Part shown: one piece after another, positions 37,047-49,654 of the stretch
Layout: each line of letters begins with the position of its first letter
Numbering within the stretch: position 1 is the stretch's first letter
Source: Iphione sp. A-MEVVRFRX5
Lineage: Eukaryota
Assembly: GCA_976226885.1 (NCBI GenBank)
Contig: OZ320313.1
Span: forward strand, 73,594,001-73,658,000
Direction: 5' to 3'
DNA length: 64,000 nucleotides
Made by a program: the position numbers and the translations under genes
Notes under the pieces: generated by a model
What the model saw: the letters and a program-made list of their open reading frames with translations, nothing else
What the model was told of the DNA's origin: nothing
The model's database searches: none

Positions 37047-37699
37047 CGGTCTAATTCTGGTCTACTCCTTTTCGTTCCGGAATGTCCAATATGGTTGTCA
37101 GATGCTGGGGTGAATGGATTTACGTTTGCCTGTACCCGAGAATCTGAAGATGGTACCCTGACATTGCTAGGAGTTTCTTTTGAAATAACAGATTCTTGTG
37201 GTAGAGATGTCTTTTTTGCACGATGTAACCGCGTAATCCTCCGCTGCGCTTTTTGCAACAGGCTTTTTGGTGTGTGTGGCGTGTCGTATAACCGAAGGGA
37301 TCTCAATTTCTTATGTGGTGGTGTCAAGGAGTTGTCGACGGGACACGCCGCATTGTCGCCATCTGCCTCGTCAGAATCGTACATGCTAAAGGGTACGGGT
37401 GACAAATTTTCCTTTGGTGGGTAGCGTACATTCCGACGCTGGAGAGACTTGGGGGTCGGACTGCACAAACCAGAGTCCCAGAGGAATGAGTTGTCCATGT
37501 CTGGTGTCGTGTCTCCGCGGTGAAAAGCCGGAGAACCTGCTGGCCTGACATCACCGTCCGAAACCCCATCGCCATCATAACATTCGCCGTCGTTGTCCGA
37601 GTCGCACTGGTTAAAATTTAGGACCTGAATAATCGCCGAATCGTGGGATCGCTGCTGAGGTCTTGTCTCAAAGAAGAGTCGTCCCCGACAGAACGCCAT
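37047..37699 (-). CDS. WEE1: Wee1 kinase, coding exon 1 (regulatory N-terminus)
   Basis: ATG at 37699; TPPHKKLRSLRLYDTPHTPKSL and NVNPFTP are Wee1 N-terminal motifs; CG|GTAAGC donor. Seven exons total 1818 nt (605 aa). Confidence 0.92.
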
Positions 37700-37800
37700 C
37701 CTCGTGAATCTGTCACATTCGTTAGTTGCAACTTGAGGGATTCACCACGTCAGTTTTTTAAAAAACGTTCACAGCCGTACCCTTATTCCACCCAGGTGGC

Positions 37801-38031
37801 CCAATGGGAAATCCCTTATCCCACGCTTGTTTTTGGCGGGACCGTTAGACATGTGACCCCAGCGGACCAATTACAGCGAAGGAGACATTCAGGAGAGTCA
37901 CGTGACAAACCGTACCCTTACCTCCGCGCCAAAATCTTGTTCTAAACAACAGATGGCGTGCCAGGTAGTGTGAAGAGTCTTCCGTGCCCTTCTTACTTTC
38001 CCGCTCTCAAACCTGGGGGAGAATATCGATA
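37801..38031 (-). promoter_or_regulatory. WEE1 promoter region with E2F, CCAAT and DRE motifs and a probable 5'UTR intron (37710-37921)
   Basis: CCAAT at 37801 and 37867; TTTTGGCGGG at 37831; TTTGGCGC (minus) at 37926-37933; TTTCCCGC at 37997-38004; TATCGATA at 38024-38031; minus-strand donor GAG|GTAAGG at 37921. Confidence 0.6.
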
Positions 38032-38212
38032 TTGTATCCATATATATTACGTAGTGTCTTTTACTAGATAAAACCCATGAAAAAATGAATGATTACTTAC
38101 TTTTTACTGAACTGGCTGGGCATTGTGTATCAATGGCCATAATGCTTAATTTGAAAGTGTTTATAACATAAGAGGAAACAGGTTGTAGTTCACAAACTAT
38201 CAAATAAGCCTA

Positions 38213-39386
38213 CCGTAAAGCGGGGCTACTTTGTAGGGTAAAAACTGCTTTTTTAACTTTTTCTCTAGCAAGAGGTTCCCTTAGTCTAAGCCTAATACTT
38301 TTATATGAAGGCACCCATAGATGTCTGTCACATGGATTGTTACCATGGTAACCACTAGCAACTGCCTAAGAATAATAGGCTATTTTCGGCTCCACAAAGT
38401 AGCCCCATGGGTGGGGGCTACTTTGTTGGGGTTTTTTTCTATATAGTTTTCTTGATTCGATAAAGCATTTTTCAACTTTTCCCTTTTTGTGTCTTATTAT
38501 AAGCCTTTCCCTTTATACATTGTATCTTTTTTTATTTACTAGACAACATTTTTATTTCAGTGGGGAATGTGAACCATTATGATTCCAGAATTTTCAGGGC
38601 CTTGTTTTCTTTTTATCACCATTTATAGCTCCTTTTATTTTTTATGTCTAACTCACTTATATTTTATTAGCATCATCAATAGACGTAAGAGAGAAGCTTT
38701 AGCGATGAACTGTATTGAAAAATATAGGGTCTAAGTACTTTGTTAATTCAAAATGTATGATTCTTTATTACATGACCTTCAAAAATCCATAGATGACCTT
38801 GAACAAGAGCAGTAATATTAAAGCTTCTATGTCATCTATATCTAGACTATAGAATCTCATTGTCACCACTTAAATCTGCCAGATGTTTTTAAAGCCATAG
38901 TCGTTTATGTGAAATAAACTATCACAATAGAAAAAAATCCACCAAAGTAGCCCCTATGGCATTTTTGGCCACAAAGTAGCCCCATTTTTGTAAAAAAATT
39001 GACATGCATTTGCATTCCGTTAAATATTTCCCTCACTGGTAGGAACATCATTTTGCCCATATAGTTCTAAGGTCTAAAGCCAACAGTGATGCTAGTGGTG
39101 GGCATGAATATCCTGCTGCCCACAGCAATGTAGCATCTACATAGACAATTTGACACACAATAAAATAGGATAAAAAAAGGATCATTTTCTAGCATGTATC
39201 CTGAGATGACCTCAGTTGACCTCAAAAAATAAAAATGGTTTAAACATAAAGCTAAGTTGTTTTATTTTTGTATACATTGAAATTTCAATATAAAAATTAT
39301 ATTTCTGATGCTCGGCATCTGAAAACAACACTTTTTCACTACCCCACAAAGTAGCCCCACACAAGCAAAGTAGCCCCACTTTACGG
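38213..39386. mobile_element. Tc1/mariner-type non-autonomous DNA transposon, 1174 bp
   Basis: TA|CCGTAAAGCGGGGCTACTTTG ... CAAAGTAGCCCCACTTTACGG|TA; 21-bp TIR with 1 mismatch; CAAAGTAGCCCC also repeated internally 5 times; no ORF. Confidence 0.9.
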
Positions 39387-40656
39387 TACCTATATCAATC
39401 AAGGTACAGATAATATCTAATATGGACACCTGTTATATATTTATGTACTCTTATGGGTTAATGTTTTAGAGATGACAAAATCAGCCCTATGATCTTGAAG
39501 TTATTGTGTAACATATCCTGGCCCACCTATCGTGTGAAGGTGAAAGAAAAGATGTACAACCATGGAAATCTGGTTCACTCCAAGTGTAGAATCTGCCAGG
39601 TAGGCTACTTCTCTTAAAAAGTGCAGAGAGAGTTTGTCTATTTATTCAGGAAAATATCCCTTCTTATATAGAGTCAGAGCCCTTGTAGCTGACATACTAC
39701 CGGTACGTGATTTTGCAATAATAAAATGTAGTAGCTATTTCGCAATACATGATCCAGAAACTCTACCACATTACACAACACCAACCACCAGATTACAGAA
39801 TAACAGAACCAGAATACCAGATCATGTCCTGGTATCAAACTTGTTTACTTATACATGTATATGCAATATTAAAATTGAGGGGTTATGACCCTAATTGGTC
39901 TGTACCATATAAGCCGGGCAGACGCGTGGTTGGAAGAATTTTGTGGCTACAAATTTGAAATCGTCTAGCAGTGAGGAGTCTCATTTAAGAATGCCAGTTG
40001 TGCTATGGAAGCAACATGGGCTAGAGGAGGACAATGGTCATCTCAGTTCATGGTCTGTTAAATCAACTGGCCCAAAACAAAATGGACAGGCAAAGATACA
40101 CGTTACACCAAGTGAACGGATCGAGAACTTAGAAATGAACAAGACAGGTATTATAGGTGACATGGCATTGTTGCATATAACTTCCAGACTTGTTGCGATG
40201 TAAAAATGTAAAAAAATAGGCAATGCCAGTGACTATGTCAGACTGAGTGGGGATGTCGCGCCTCATCAGGAGAATGCCCTATTATCTGAAGGACTTTTAC
40301 AGTCATTATGTTTATCGAAGAAATCTGACATTGCTCAACTTAAAACACTGTATTCCCACAAGATAAGTAACCAATACACATGATCAACTAAGTAATCATG
40401 GAACAAACTGAAACGTTACTTCCCGCCTGTGCTTCTGCATGAGCCAGCGCTGAATTTTTATTTATGAATTCTATTTGTTAATGTATGCAAACTCTTCCTA
40501 GTCACGTTTGTTTGGTTAAGCATAGAAAAAACAAAATCTGTGTTTCCAATTATCCGACTGACCCTGATTTGGGTCCCGGCTGAACACTTTACCTTTTTTT
40601 TTGCTTGTGAATATCTTTGGACTGAATAAAGCTAGAGACGTAATTATACAATATAC

Positions 40657-43600
40657 TGTTATGATCCTGCCCACTTTGGTGACTCATGACTAGGACTCCA
40701 AGTAAATTTTCAATGTTTATTCCAAATGTAACACAAGCAAACTAACTCTGCCCCACATGTCATCCCTTATATACACAGCCATATCCAGTGGGTCATTCAC
40801 ACACTAGATGATTAGTCTAGCCTGCACGGACACTAACAGACACACACCAAACAGATGTCCTGCATGCACCCCACACTTGCTCTCACTCATGCTAAATTCC
40901 CCCCTCTTAGCATTACCATACTAGTAACAACTACAACTAATTATCCTATTGTTTGACAAATTATATAATAGCAAAGGGGGCAGTTCCAGTATAGGAAATG
41001 CAACCTGGGATGTATTCCCCAATCTGGTAAAGACAACTCGGTCGCACCTCATAGAGGCAAGAGCTTAGTATTCATCCAAGCCAATCTGGTAAAGAGATAA
41101 CTACAACTCCAAACTTTAAAGGCGGGAGATTCTATACTGAATCTGCAAAAAGAGAAAAGCCTTGGGACCAAGTCTGTGATTAACTAAAAAGAGGTTCCAA
41201 TACAGGTTCCTCACAAATTGCATACTGCTGATTCTGCGGATGATACTGGAAAACTCCATGGATGGTCACTTGAATTCCCAGATATTATCCTCCTCGCATT
41301 GGAGGTGCCACAAGTCCCCAATCATACGGCATTGTCTCCCCTCCAACAACACTGTTCTGTTGTCATACCACATGCAAATGTCCATGGTCGGCCCTGCCCC
41401 ATGAATTAAAAAGCACAGAACCTCATCAATGTGGATGCACACTTCCCCATGATGTATTATCATTCAGACTTCCCTGTGAATGGAGACGATCGTGAACCTC
41501 TTGGAGGGACCACTTCCACTGTGACTAACCGGTAGGTGGTCATTGAGCTTCCATCAGAAGGAGACCTGTGGCACCACCCAAGTGGCCGGAGCAGCAACTG
41601 GAGGTTCAGGAAGATGTAGGAGCCACTAATCATGGAGGAGGTTTTCTGCAGCACCCATAGTAGCCTCTGTGTTGGGGGAGGGGGAGCTGTTGCAAGCCCC
41701 ACAGTGGTGGTTGAGGGGGAGTTGTATGCAAGACAAGGTCATGGTCCTCTCTTGAAGTCCCGGCAGATGTACCTGCCACTGGGGATGGCTGGACAATTCG
41801 TACAACTCCCACTTCACCAGGTAGGAGCAAGATGCCCTCCACCTCAAGCTCATCTGGGGCATCGCCGGATCTGGTAGTAGTTAGCCAAGGATGCTCAGCC
41901 CTAACCAGGGATGCCTCAGGAGCCAACCCCTCAGCTAGGGTAACCAGGGGTAAATTCAATCTCCTTCTTCTTGGCCTTCATCTCCTCATGCATGCTCAAC
42001 CTTGCTGCACAAGTTTGAGCCTCCTCTCCTCTCCACTTGGGTCATTGGCCCCCTTTGGAAGGGTTTTCTGGACTGTGGAATGGATCCTCTCTTGGAATTT
42101 GATGGGCAGTTGTAAAGATGACCCAAGAAATTTTTCCAGCAGCTCTGCGGCTTGCTAATCTTCTGAATCTGAAGTACATGTACACCTCCACCGCAATGGC
42201 AAATCTCAATCCCTTCCTGGAGTGAGAGGGTTGGGCATCTCCAGCTCCCTCTTGCTATCTTCTGTTTCTCTCTGAAGCCTCTCTTCAGCAGCCTGTTGAA
42301 GATGGAAGATAAGTGTTGACACATGTCAGGCCCGTAGCCAAAGGGGTATCGGGGGTATTGGCCGATACCCCCACAGACATTTATGACTGTAGGCCTATAT
42401 AGGAATAAAAAAAACCATTAGTTCCACCTCTTGGGTATTGGGGGTTTTATCCGATACCCCCCCCCCCCCAGAAAACTTCCTGGCTATGGGCCTGCATATC
42501 CTCTAAAGAATGAACCAGTATGATGACATTGTCCAAGTACACTAAAGAGGTGGTTCCAACAAGTCTGCACAGCACAACCTGCATCAACCTTTCAAATATT
42601 GATGAGGCATTACATAGCCTGAATGGCATTACTTTGAATCGGTACAGGCCTTCCGTAGTACACATCAGTTTTCTCCTGGTCAGTCGGATGAAGCCCCACC
42701 TGCCAGTATCTACTGGCCAAGTTTATCTTCTCCAGCCGCCCTACTGCACCGGAGCAGTGGGGTCCTGTTTCCCAGCACTTCAGCCCTCAATTTGGGGCAC
42801 TCTCATTTAAAATGTTCCACTTCATCACAACGGTGACACTTCCCCTTTTGAGCACAGCAGGGTGCCTTCCCTTCACCTCCGACTTTTCCTTCCAGCAATT
42901 GTCAGATGAACTTCACAACACAGTCCATGGGGGTGTCTCCCATTGGCTTGGCTACTATATCACCACTGTGGAGGTCTCCAGCAGGCCATCATCCTCTCCG
43001 GTCATCTGGGCATGTTGCATCGGTCCCCATTCTTGTTCTGATCTATAATATGAGTTGACTAACGAGGCCTGGGACAACACCCCTTGAAAGGATACTGGCT
43101 TGGGTAGGGTTACCTGCTTTCATATTCTCTTGTCTTTGTGGTGCTGGTAAAGTATTCCTGGTACATCCTGTCAAGCCATATCCCCCTCTGCCTCTTGGTA
43201 GGCTTGATGAATGAAACATTCAATCTCCTCAGCCAGTTGATGCATATCCTCATCCGTACCCCTTTTCAACTGTTGTCCAAAGAGGCCCACTTAGTCCTTC
43301 AATATGAAGCAGCATTTCAACAATTCCACTAGTTCTGAATAGGTGCCAGGGCTTTTGACATTCCACCCCACAGTCCTAAGGACGATCTGGGCTGATTTGA
43401 TGAGATTAATCCTCATTTGCAGAGCCTTTTCATGTTTATCCCAGCAGTTGGATATGGCAATCTACTCGAAATGTTAGATGAAGTCCATTAGAGGCACCAT
43501 TCTGACATGTACTGTTCTGGCTGTGCCAGATATTTACACGGGGCAGACTTGGGTCCCGGGGCCTCATGTACTCCTGCCACTAGGGTCTCACTCAGACTGG

Positions 43601-43880
43601 GACGTGGGGGTTAGTAGCAGCTAGGTCCGCATCCTGGGGAATCCCACCACTGCTGACAATGTTACAATCCCATGCACTTCATAGACTCGTGACAAGAACT
43701 CTAGGTAAATTTACTATGTTTATTCCAAAAGTAATAAAAGCCAACTAACTTTGCCTGGCATGGCACTCTTTGTATGTACAGCCATATCTAGTGGGTGATT
43801 TACTCAACTCTGTACGGACTCACAGCCGCACACGCACCATGCACTCGACCTCACTTGTATTCTACATTAGGTCCTCAGCT
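40657..43880 (-). mobile_element. Internally deleted Ty3/Gypsy LTR retrotransposon 2
   Basis: LTR pair starting TGTTA at 40657 and 43660 (shared atgtttattccaaa and acagccatatc.agtgggt); PBS-like ATCCCACCACTGC at 43641; gag (HFE.IAISNCW..EKALQ) with a CCHC knuckle at 42794-42840; RT fragment YWQV..MPFRLCNA..YLDNV. Protease, RNase H and integrase not seen. Right boundary approximate. Confidence 0.8.
42327..42494. mobile_element. 168-bp MITE (hAT-like CAGG termini) inserted in the Gypsy-2 RT
   Basis: TIR CAGGCCCGTAGCCA/TGGCTATGGGCCTG (13/14); flanks CATGT/CATAT. Removing it plus 5 bp restores RT SLEDMCQHL. Confidence 0.8.
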
Positions 43881-44774
43881 CTCACGTGATGTAAGTTCCA
43901 CGAAGATCCATGCAGTACAAGTGCTAGTTTCAGGCTTAGAAATGCCCATAGGCCTATGTTGTCTCCAGGCTCCATTTACAATGAAAGAAAAGGGGAAAAA
44001 ACTAGGTAGGTACTGACCCTAAATTGTTTCAGCATGCTACCAGAACACGGATCCTTATAAACAAAGCAAGCATTTCGGAGGTAGGCCTATATTTCGCACG
44101 AGGCTGGAGGTAACGAACCAATGTCAAATAGGAGAATAAGAAAAGATAAATTATAGGGAGAGACGGGGAGGAGGAAATGAAGAGGGAAGAGGATAAGATG
44201 CCAGTGAGGTCACTAGACCGCGGCTGGTAAATGTGAGGAGACGTAAAGAGGGGGAGGTGCTGGGTTTCATCAGATGTCTATGTGACTAGAAAGGTTTTGT
44301 TGGTTTATATCCAGGAAGAATGATACAAGAGAAAAGAAAAGAAGGAGAGTGGGACATAGAAGTTCAAATACATGATCAAATCTGGTGTGAATATTCCATT
44401 CTAAAACCAGTGTTTACCACTCTAAAACCAGTGTTAAAAAAGGTGCTTTTTGCAGTTAAAAGTCAGTGAAAGGGGGTAGATTAGATGCTGTATAATGCAT
44501 ATGTATCCTCCCTTTCATGCAGGAGTGTGGGGATCAGGATTATCTCCGTATTCCCTGTAGGTACTCCAGAATTAGCAAGAATTCATTTAAGAGCGCGGAT
44601 CCAGCCTCTTGTTGGGACAGCACGCCCCAGTCTTTGGTGTTCCTCCTATCCCACGCATGGCGCTGCGTTCGCTCGGTCACGTCGTACCACAGACGCGAAA
44701 ATCTAAGGCTATCATGCCTAAAATTGACCAATCAGACAACAGTATGTTATCGTGCCCGAAACTAGCATACCATA

Positions 44775-44787
44775 ATGGCTGTAGGAG
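44775..44787 (+). CDS. Candidate first coding exon of TMEM216 (MAVG)
   Basis: ATGGCTGTAGGAG|GTAAGT with a CCAAT box upstream (about 44728). Phase 1 does not fit the phase-0 acceptor at 47575 without an extra exon. Confidence 0.35.
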
Positions 44788-46153
44788 GTAAGTTTGAAAA
44801 CAAAACATGGCTAATCTATATTCCCCAGTCGATGTGCTTCTCAAAAACGGACGCTTATTGAGTGTTTGAAGTACTAATGACATAGTTTTCAATGCATGGA
44901 ATTATTTGCTAAAATCCCTGCACGTGGGCCTGGTATTTTTCGTAACACCCAGCTTAGTACATCTTGTCAAGGGACGTGTTTTGATTTGTCAGTGATTCAG
45001 GTACGTGTTAGTTACACCAAGTACGAATCAAAACCAAAGTAATAGCGACCTCTGATCCACTGCGTCTTGATAACTAAGAATAACCCTACGTTTCCCTCAG
45101 CCTGTAACTTAGGGGTACATCTAAAATGTAAAGATTAGTACTTACATGACTTAAAAATAGCACCCCTGGACATCTACACCTGATGATTTTATTTGAAAGT
45201 CAAGATATACCTGATTTGATAGATCACTTTTGTATGATTTGTACGTTCCCCGTTACACTTGTTTCTCATTATGTGTTTTTTTTTTCAGTTTAGTAGTGTG
45301 AACAGCGAATTTGAAATTTTAATGTATTGCTTGGAAGCTTGGGCATTGCCCAGTTTTAATTAGCTGTGACCGCTGCCCCAACTTAAAAATTGTATATGTT
45401 ATCTGTTGCGAGCAAACGAGTAAAACCTGCAGTCAAAGTTGTCCCTTGGTCGTTGCATCTCAGTCAATATATTCTGTCTCAAAACGTTGTCTCAATGTTT
45501 CCTAACTCTTAGTCAGTGTATTCTGCCTCTGTTGATTCATTTAAACAAACAGGAAATTGTATTTTAAGACTTAGGCGAGATTCGGATGTGTCATTAGAGT
45601 GCCATAAGCACTGGGCCTATTCATTGTGTACAGAAATTTCCATAGAGACCGATCCAGGTGGGAGAAAAGGATGTTAAAGGTAGGGATATGATGGTTTATA
45701 TCAAGCCCAGGCTTAGGGTGTGTGAAGGGAGAGTGCCTATCATATATGTTAAATTATGTTTAGAGAATACCTAATTTGCATATCATTTTGCATGATAACC
45801 ACATTATTTACACAGCCTTACTATTTGATCTGTGAATTCCTGTTCTAAATTTATGAATTCATTTAACACTATCCCTGACCCTTACACTATGGTAACAATT
45901 TGCTAACAGTGCTGACATGCACCTCAGTCTTAACATATATAATCTTCCTTTCCTATCCTTTACCCTACCATTAACTTTTTTCCATACACTTATTCATGTA
46001 TACATAGTCTGTTGTCTGTGGTCCAGACGCCGGGCACACTAGAAGTATAAAAAAGGTGGTTTTTCTCAAGGCCAACACTAGAAAAAAACTGTCTAACATA
46101 TGTTAGATGATATGAAGTATTTTCTCATTTACATATAATTTGCACAAACAATT

Positions 46154-46333
46154 CAGTTTACACAGATTCGGACAGGTTTCCTAGAGATCAGCACCAAAAA
46201 ACTCACAGATAACACTGAATCAGACAGAATTCCTGGAGATCAGTGCAACAAAAAAACCTTGCAGTTTACACAGAATTGGACTGAACTCCTCAAGATCAGC
46301 ACAAAAAACTCAGCATTTACACAGAATTGGACA
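46154..46333. repeat. Minisatellite of about 53-bp units running into an assembly gap (N 46334-46473)
   Basis: Unit CAGTTTACACAGAATTGGAC...GAGATCAGCAC.AAAAA, about 3.4 visible copies. Confidence 0.75.
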
Positions 46334-47344
46334 NNNNNNNNNNNNNNNNNNNNNNNNNNNNNNNNNNNNNNNNNNNNNNNNNNNNNNNNNNNNNNNNNNN
46401 NNNNNNNNNNNNNNNNNNNNNNNNNNNNNNNNNNNNNNNNNNNNNNNNNNNNNNNNNNNNNNNNNNNNNNNNNCACCTCTCTGGACAGTTTCAGAAAATG
46501 AACCAAAATTTCTGCAAAGCCACATATATGGAAAAGAAATCCTGACACATGGAAAGCAGGCCTTAATTCATCCACAAATAAAGACAGGACACATTCACTT
46601 AGAGGCAGGATGCATCATTTTCAAGGAAGAATGCACTGACTAAATTATGTAATAATAACAGGACCTATTGCCCAGTTACTTGTAGAATGAGGCGAATAAT
46701 TAGGTTCTCCCATTAATCTCAGCTTTTTTCAAATTCAAATACTTTTTACATGAAGAGTTAAAGGTTTTCCAGCAAGTTTAGCACAATGTTAGGTTCCTGA
46801 TACATATTTCCTATATGTCACTTGCAAAACCATTAGGGGAAATGAGGCAGTGAGCGTTTTTCTTTTATTATGCGAAACTATTCATCATAACATTATGACT
46901 GTTTTCTGGTCATTCTAGCCTGAAGAAGGGTCCTGATAAGACCCAAAAGCTTGCTACTCCTGACCATCAAGACATTAAAAGCCAAGTTTCGGTATCCAAC
47001 GGGTTCTGGTTTTGTTTCCACTTATCCATTATACTGTTTTGTTTACTGTGAGCCAATAAGGAAATAAAAGAAGATAGTCTCGTTTGGTCATATTTTGAAA
47101 ATGAAACAAATATTTTCTTTTTCAGGGAGAGTCCAGATTGTTGTATCCTTTTACTCAGTGCAAGAAATACTTCCATCAAGTTATTTTGTACAACTGTGAA
47201 CTATAATTTATAATCTGCCGGTTGTATTCATATGTTTAATATTCCATTTCTAAGATAAGATGATATAATTTTGGACGCAAGCACTTTAAGTGTTCCATGT
47301 TCCTCTAGGATATATCTTCAGACGCACATACACGTGTGTCCTGC

Positions 47345-47400
47345 AATAATGATGACAATAATAATAATGATAATAATAATTAATAATAATAATAATAATG
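47345..47400. repeat. (AAT)n microsatellite
   Basis: Direct reading. Confidence 0.9.
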
Positions 47401-47574
47401 AATTAGTAGTAAATCATTTCCAACTGTCTCCACGACAATAGCAGTTTTCACAGACGGATGCAATCTAATATTCTCTACCAAGCTTGACAGTTATTAGCAC
47501 TGATAGGTGAATGATGAAATGAAATAGAATATGACCCCTGCATGAAAGATTCGACTTCCTTAATTTTGAAACAG

Positions 47575-47668
47575 CGGTCTTCTTTACCCTATCAATTACT
47601 TCTGTATATCAATGGATGGTATTTCGGGTTGTTTTGGGTTGCGGAGGTCCTTGTATTCATATTTAAAG
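47575..47668 (+). CDS. TMEM216: TMEM216 (TMEM17/216/80 ciliary transition-zone family), exon
   Basis: RSSLPYQLLLYINGWYFGLFWVAEVLVFIFK; AAG|GTATGT donor; matches the recalled TMEM216 LNGWY motif. Confidence 0.85.
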
Positions 47669-48042
47669 GTATGTAAATTTTGAAACTTACTTGACGACTA
47701 GTGTGAGTTGTGATTTTGATAAGGATATACATTGCACATTTATGTTTAGATGATTGGCATTTTTATTATGAACCCACAAGTCATAAAGTTGAATGACGCC
47801 TCATAGCTGTTCTGTCATGTCAGGTTTATGGGTCAGGCCTCTGTGCATTTATTCATTCTGTGACAAAGATATACACGTACATAAATATAACAAAATAATA
47901 TTAATACATGTTTCCAAAGACTTCCAGTATCCTTAATTTAAAGAGCATGGCCGACTCATTTCTTTCCCCAGCTGTAACATTTTTTAATACAGTGTATAAT
48001 TTAGAGGTGAGTATGTCTTTCTAATATTGTTTTCTTTCACAG

Positions 48043-48135
48043 GAGAAACTTTACCCTATCCATCAGGAGCTCTGGCAGCAGAAATTATCTTGTTGTTTGT
48101 CATGGCAGCACTTGAAGCGTTAAGACTGTTCTTTG
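48043..48135 (+). CDS. TMEM216: TMEM216 exon
   Basis: ETLPYPSGALAAEIILLFVMAALEALRLFFG; tttctttcacag acceptor and GTGAG donor. Confidence 0.9.
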
Positions 48136-48408
48136 GTGAGCATTTAATGTTCCCCTCTCTTTTCTGTGGGTCCAAAAGTAGGAGAAGTAGAAAAGAAACC
48201 ACATCCTATTCTCTGAAGTCAATAGTGCATTTGTAATGTGGGTACAATGTAAAGTTCCTTAACTTAAAACGGGGTGACGTTTAAAAGGAAAAGTATGTTT
48301 AGTTCTTAGGCACTCTTATTGTGCCAACGTGTCCTTGTACATCTCGAGCAGAGTTTTTCTTAAATCAAGACTGATTGATGTTAAATGATCCTTCAATTTT
48401 GTGTACAG

Positions 48409-48610
48409 GCCAGAAAGGCAACCTGACGGAGCGTGTACTAGCAGTACTGTGGTCGATCGTGTTGTCAATACCATCACTCTTTTGTGCAGTTTATCTGCTC
48501 ATCTGGCAGACTTATGTTCTTCGAGTTGAGGTCATCACAGTCGCCATCCAGATCACCTTCATAGGTTTTGAGCTGCTTTTCGGTATCATCTCATGCATTA
48601 CATTCGCCAG
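48409..48610 (+). CDS. TMEM216: TMEM216 exon
   Basis: QKGNLTER...YLLIWQTYVLRVE...GFELLFGIISCITFAR; KGNL and QTYVLR are family motifs. Confidence 0.9.
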
Positions 48611-48854
48611 GTAGGAGGAAACGAGGGGTTTGGTTATTTATGTGGGGATATCGCGATTATCCTGGAACTGCCTTTATTGGAAATGTATACATATAAACTT
48701 TAATACCTTTAAAACTACTATATTGGGAAAATTCTGGATGGTTGTAATTTTCCGCATGTGGGTACTCCAGGTATTGGTTTGTTTGGCTTGTCTTCTTATT
48801 TTACACACTGCGTTTTTAAAGTTGAATATCTTCATTGGACTGTTTTTTTTTCAG

Positions 48855-48870
48855 GGCCACACCATACTGA
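48855..48870 (+). CDS. TMEM216: TMEM216 probable last coding exon (ATPY-stop)
   Basis: tgtttttttttcag acceptor in the required phase 2; AATAAA at 49256. Confidence 0.6.
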
Positions 48871-49654
48871 AGATCTTCACTGATCCTTTTGGAAAGCTGT
48901 GATAACGTCAAAACCTTGGATTGTGATGTCATAGTTTCTCTACAGGAGCAGTCCTTATTCACGGTTGCTACGAGACTATTCCAATGAGTTATTTGGTTTT
49001 TTTTGCTCATCTTATGGAAACAATTTTATTCCCTCATTGTTGTATTGTATATTATTTTGACTTATAACATGCCATGTATTCTTTAATATAGCAACACATC
49101 ATCCCACTATATGTACTATCGAAAATTATGCAAGAAAACATATGTGAGAAAATCATGTTCTACATTTTTGTGTATAATGTTTCCAAATACCGAAAACGCT
49201 AATTTAAGTTGGCAGTGTATCATGGTTTTTTGGTAATCCGTCCATCATTATGTAAAATAAATTTATTGACTTTTATACAAAAACACTGAAGTGGCCATTT
49301 TATTTCATTCCCTTTTAAGGAGTCCTAAGTTCCAACTTTAGGTTGGGGGGGGGGGCGTGTTATAGAGGTTGAAATAAGCAGCCAAGGCTATATGATGAGA
49401 TCTTAAAATTATGCACATGTGATCAAGTCAGCAGGACTCCACTGCACAGCAATCTATCAAAGCAGCCATAATAAGAATCTCGCCCGCCCTATAGTCTTTT
49501 CATACCATGGCCCTGTCGCCCTTAATGGGTTAATACCTAATTCAAGGGTTCTTAAAACTCCTATACCAAACTTGGGGGCATCATGCCATTTTAACTAAGT
49601 CCCCTGGGCTCTCATAAATCTGGTATCTCTGATTTTTTGGTGTATGTCCAAACT

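Noticed and set aside
39520-40223. Short ORF-like segments between the MITE and Gypsy 2
   Set aside because: No family motif and no consistent exon chain.
49515-49533. piggyBac/Kolobok-like end (CCCTTAATGGGTTAA)
   Set aside because: No partner terminus found.
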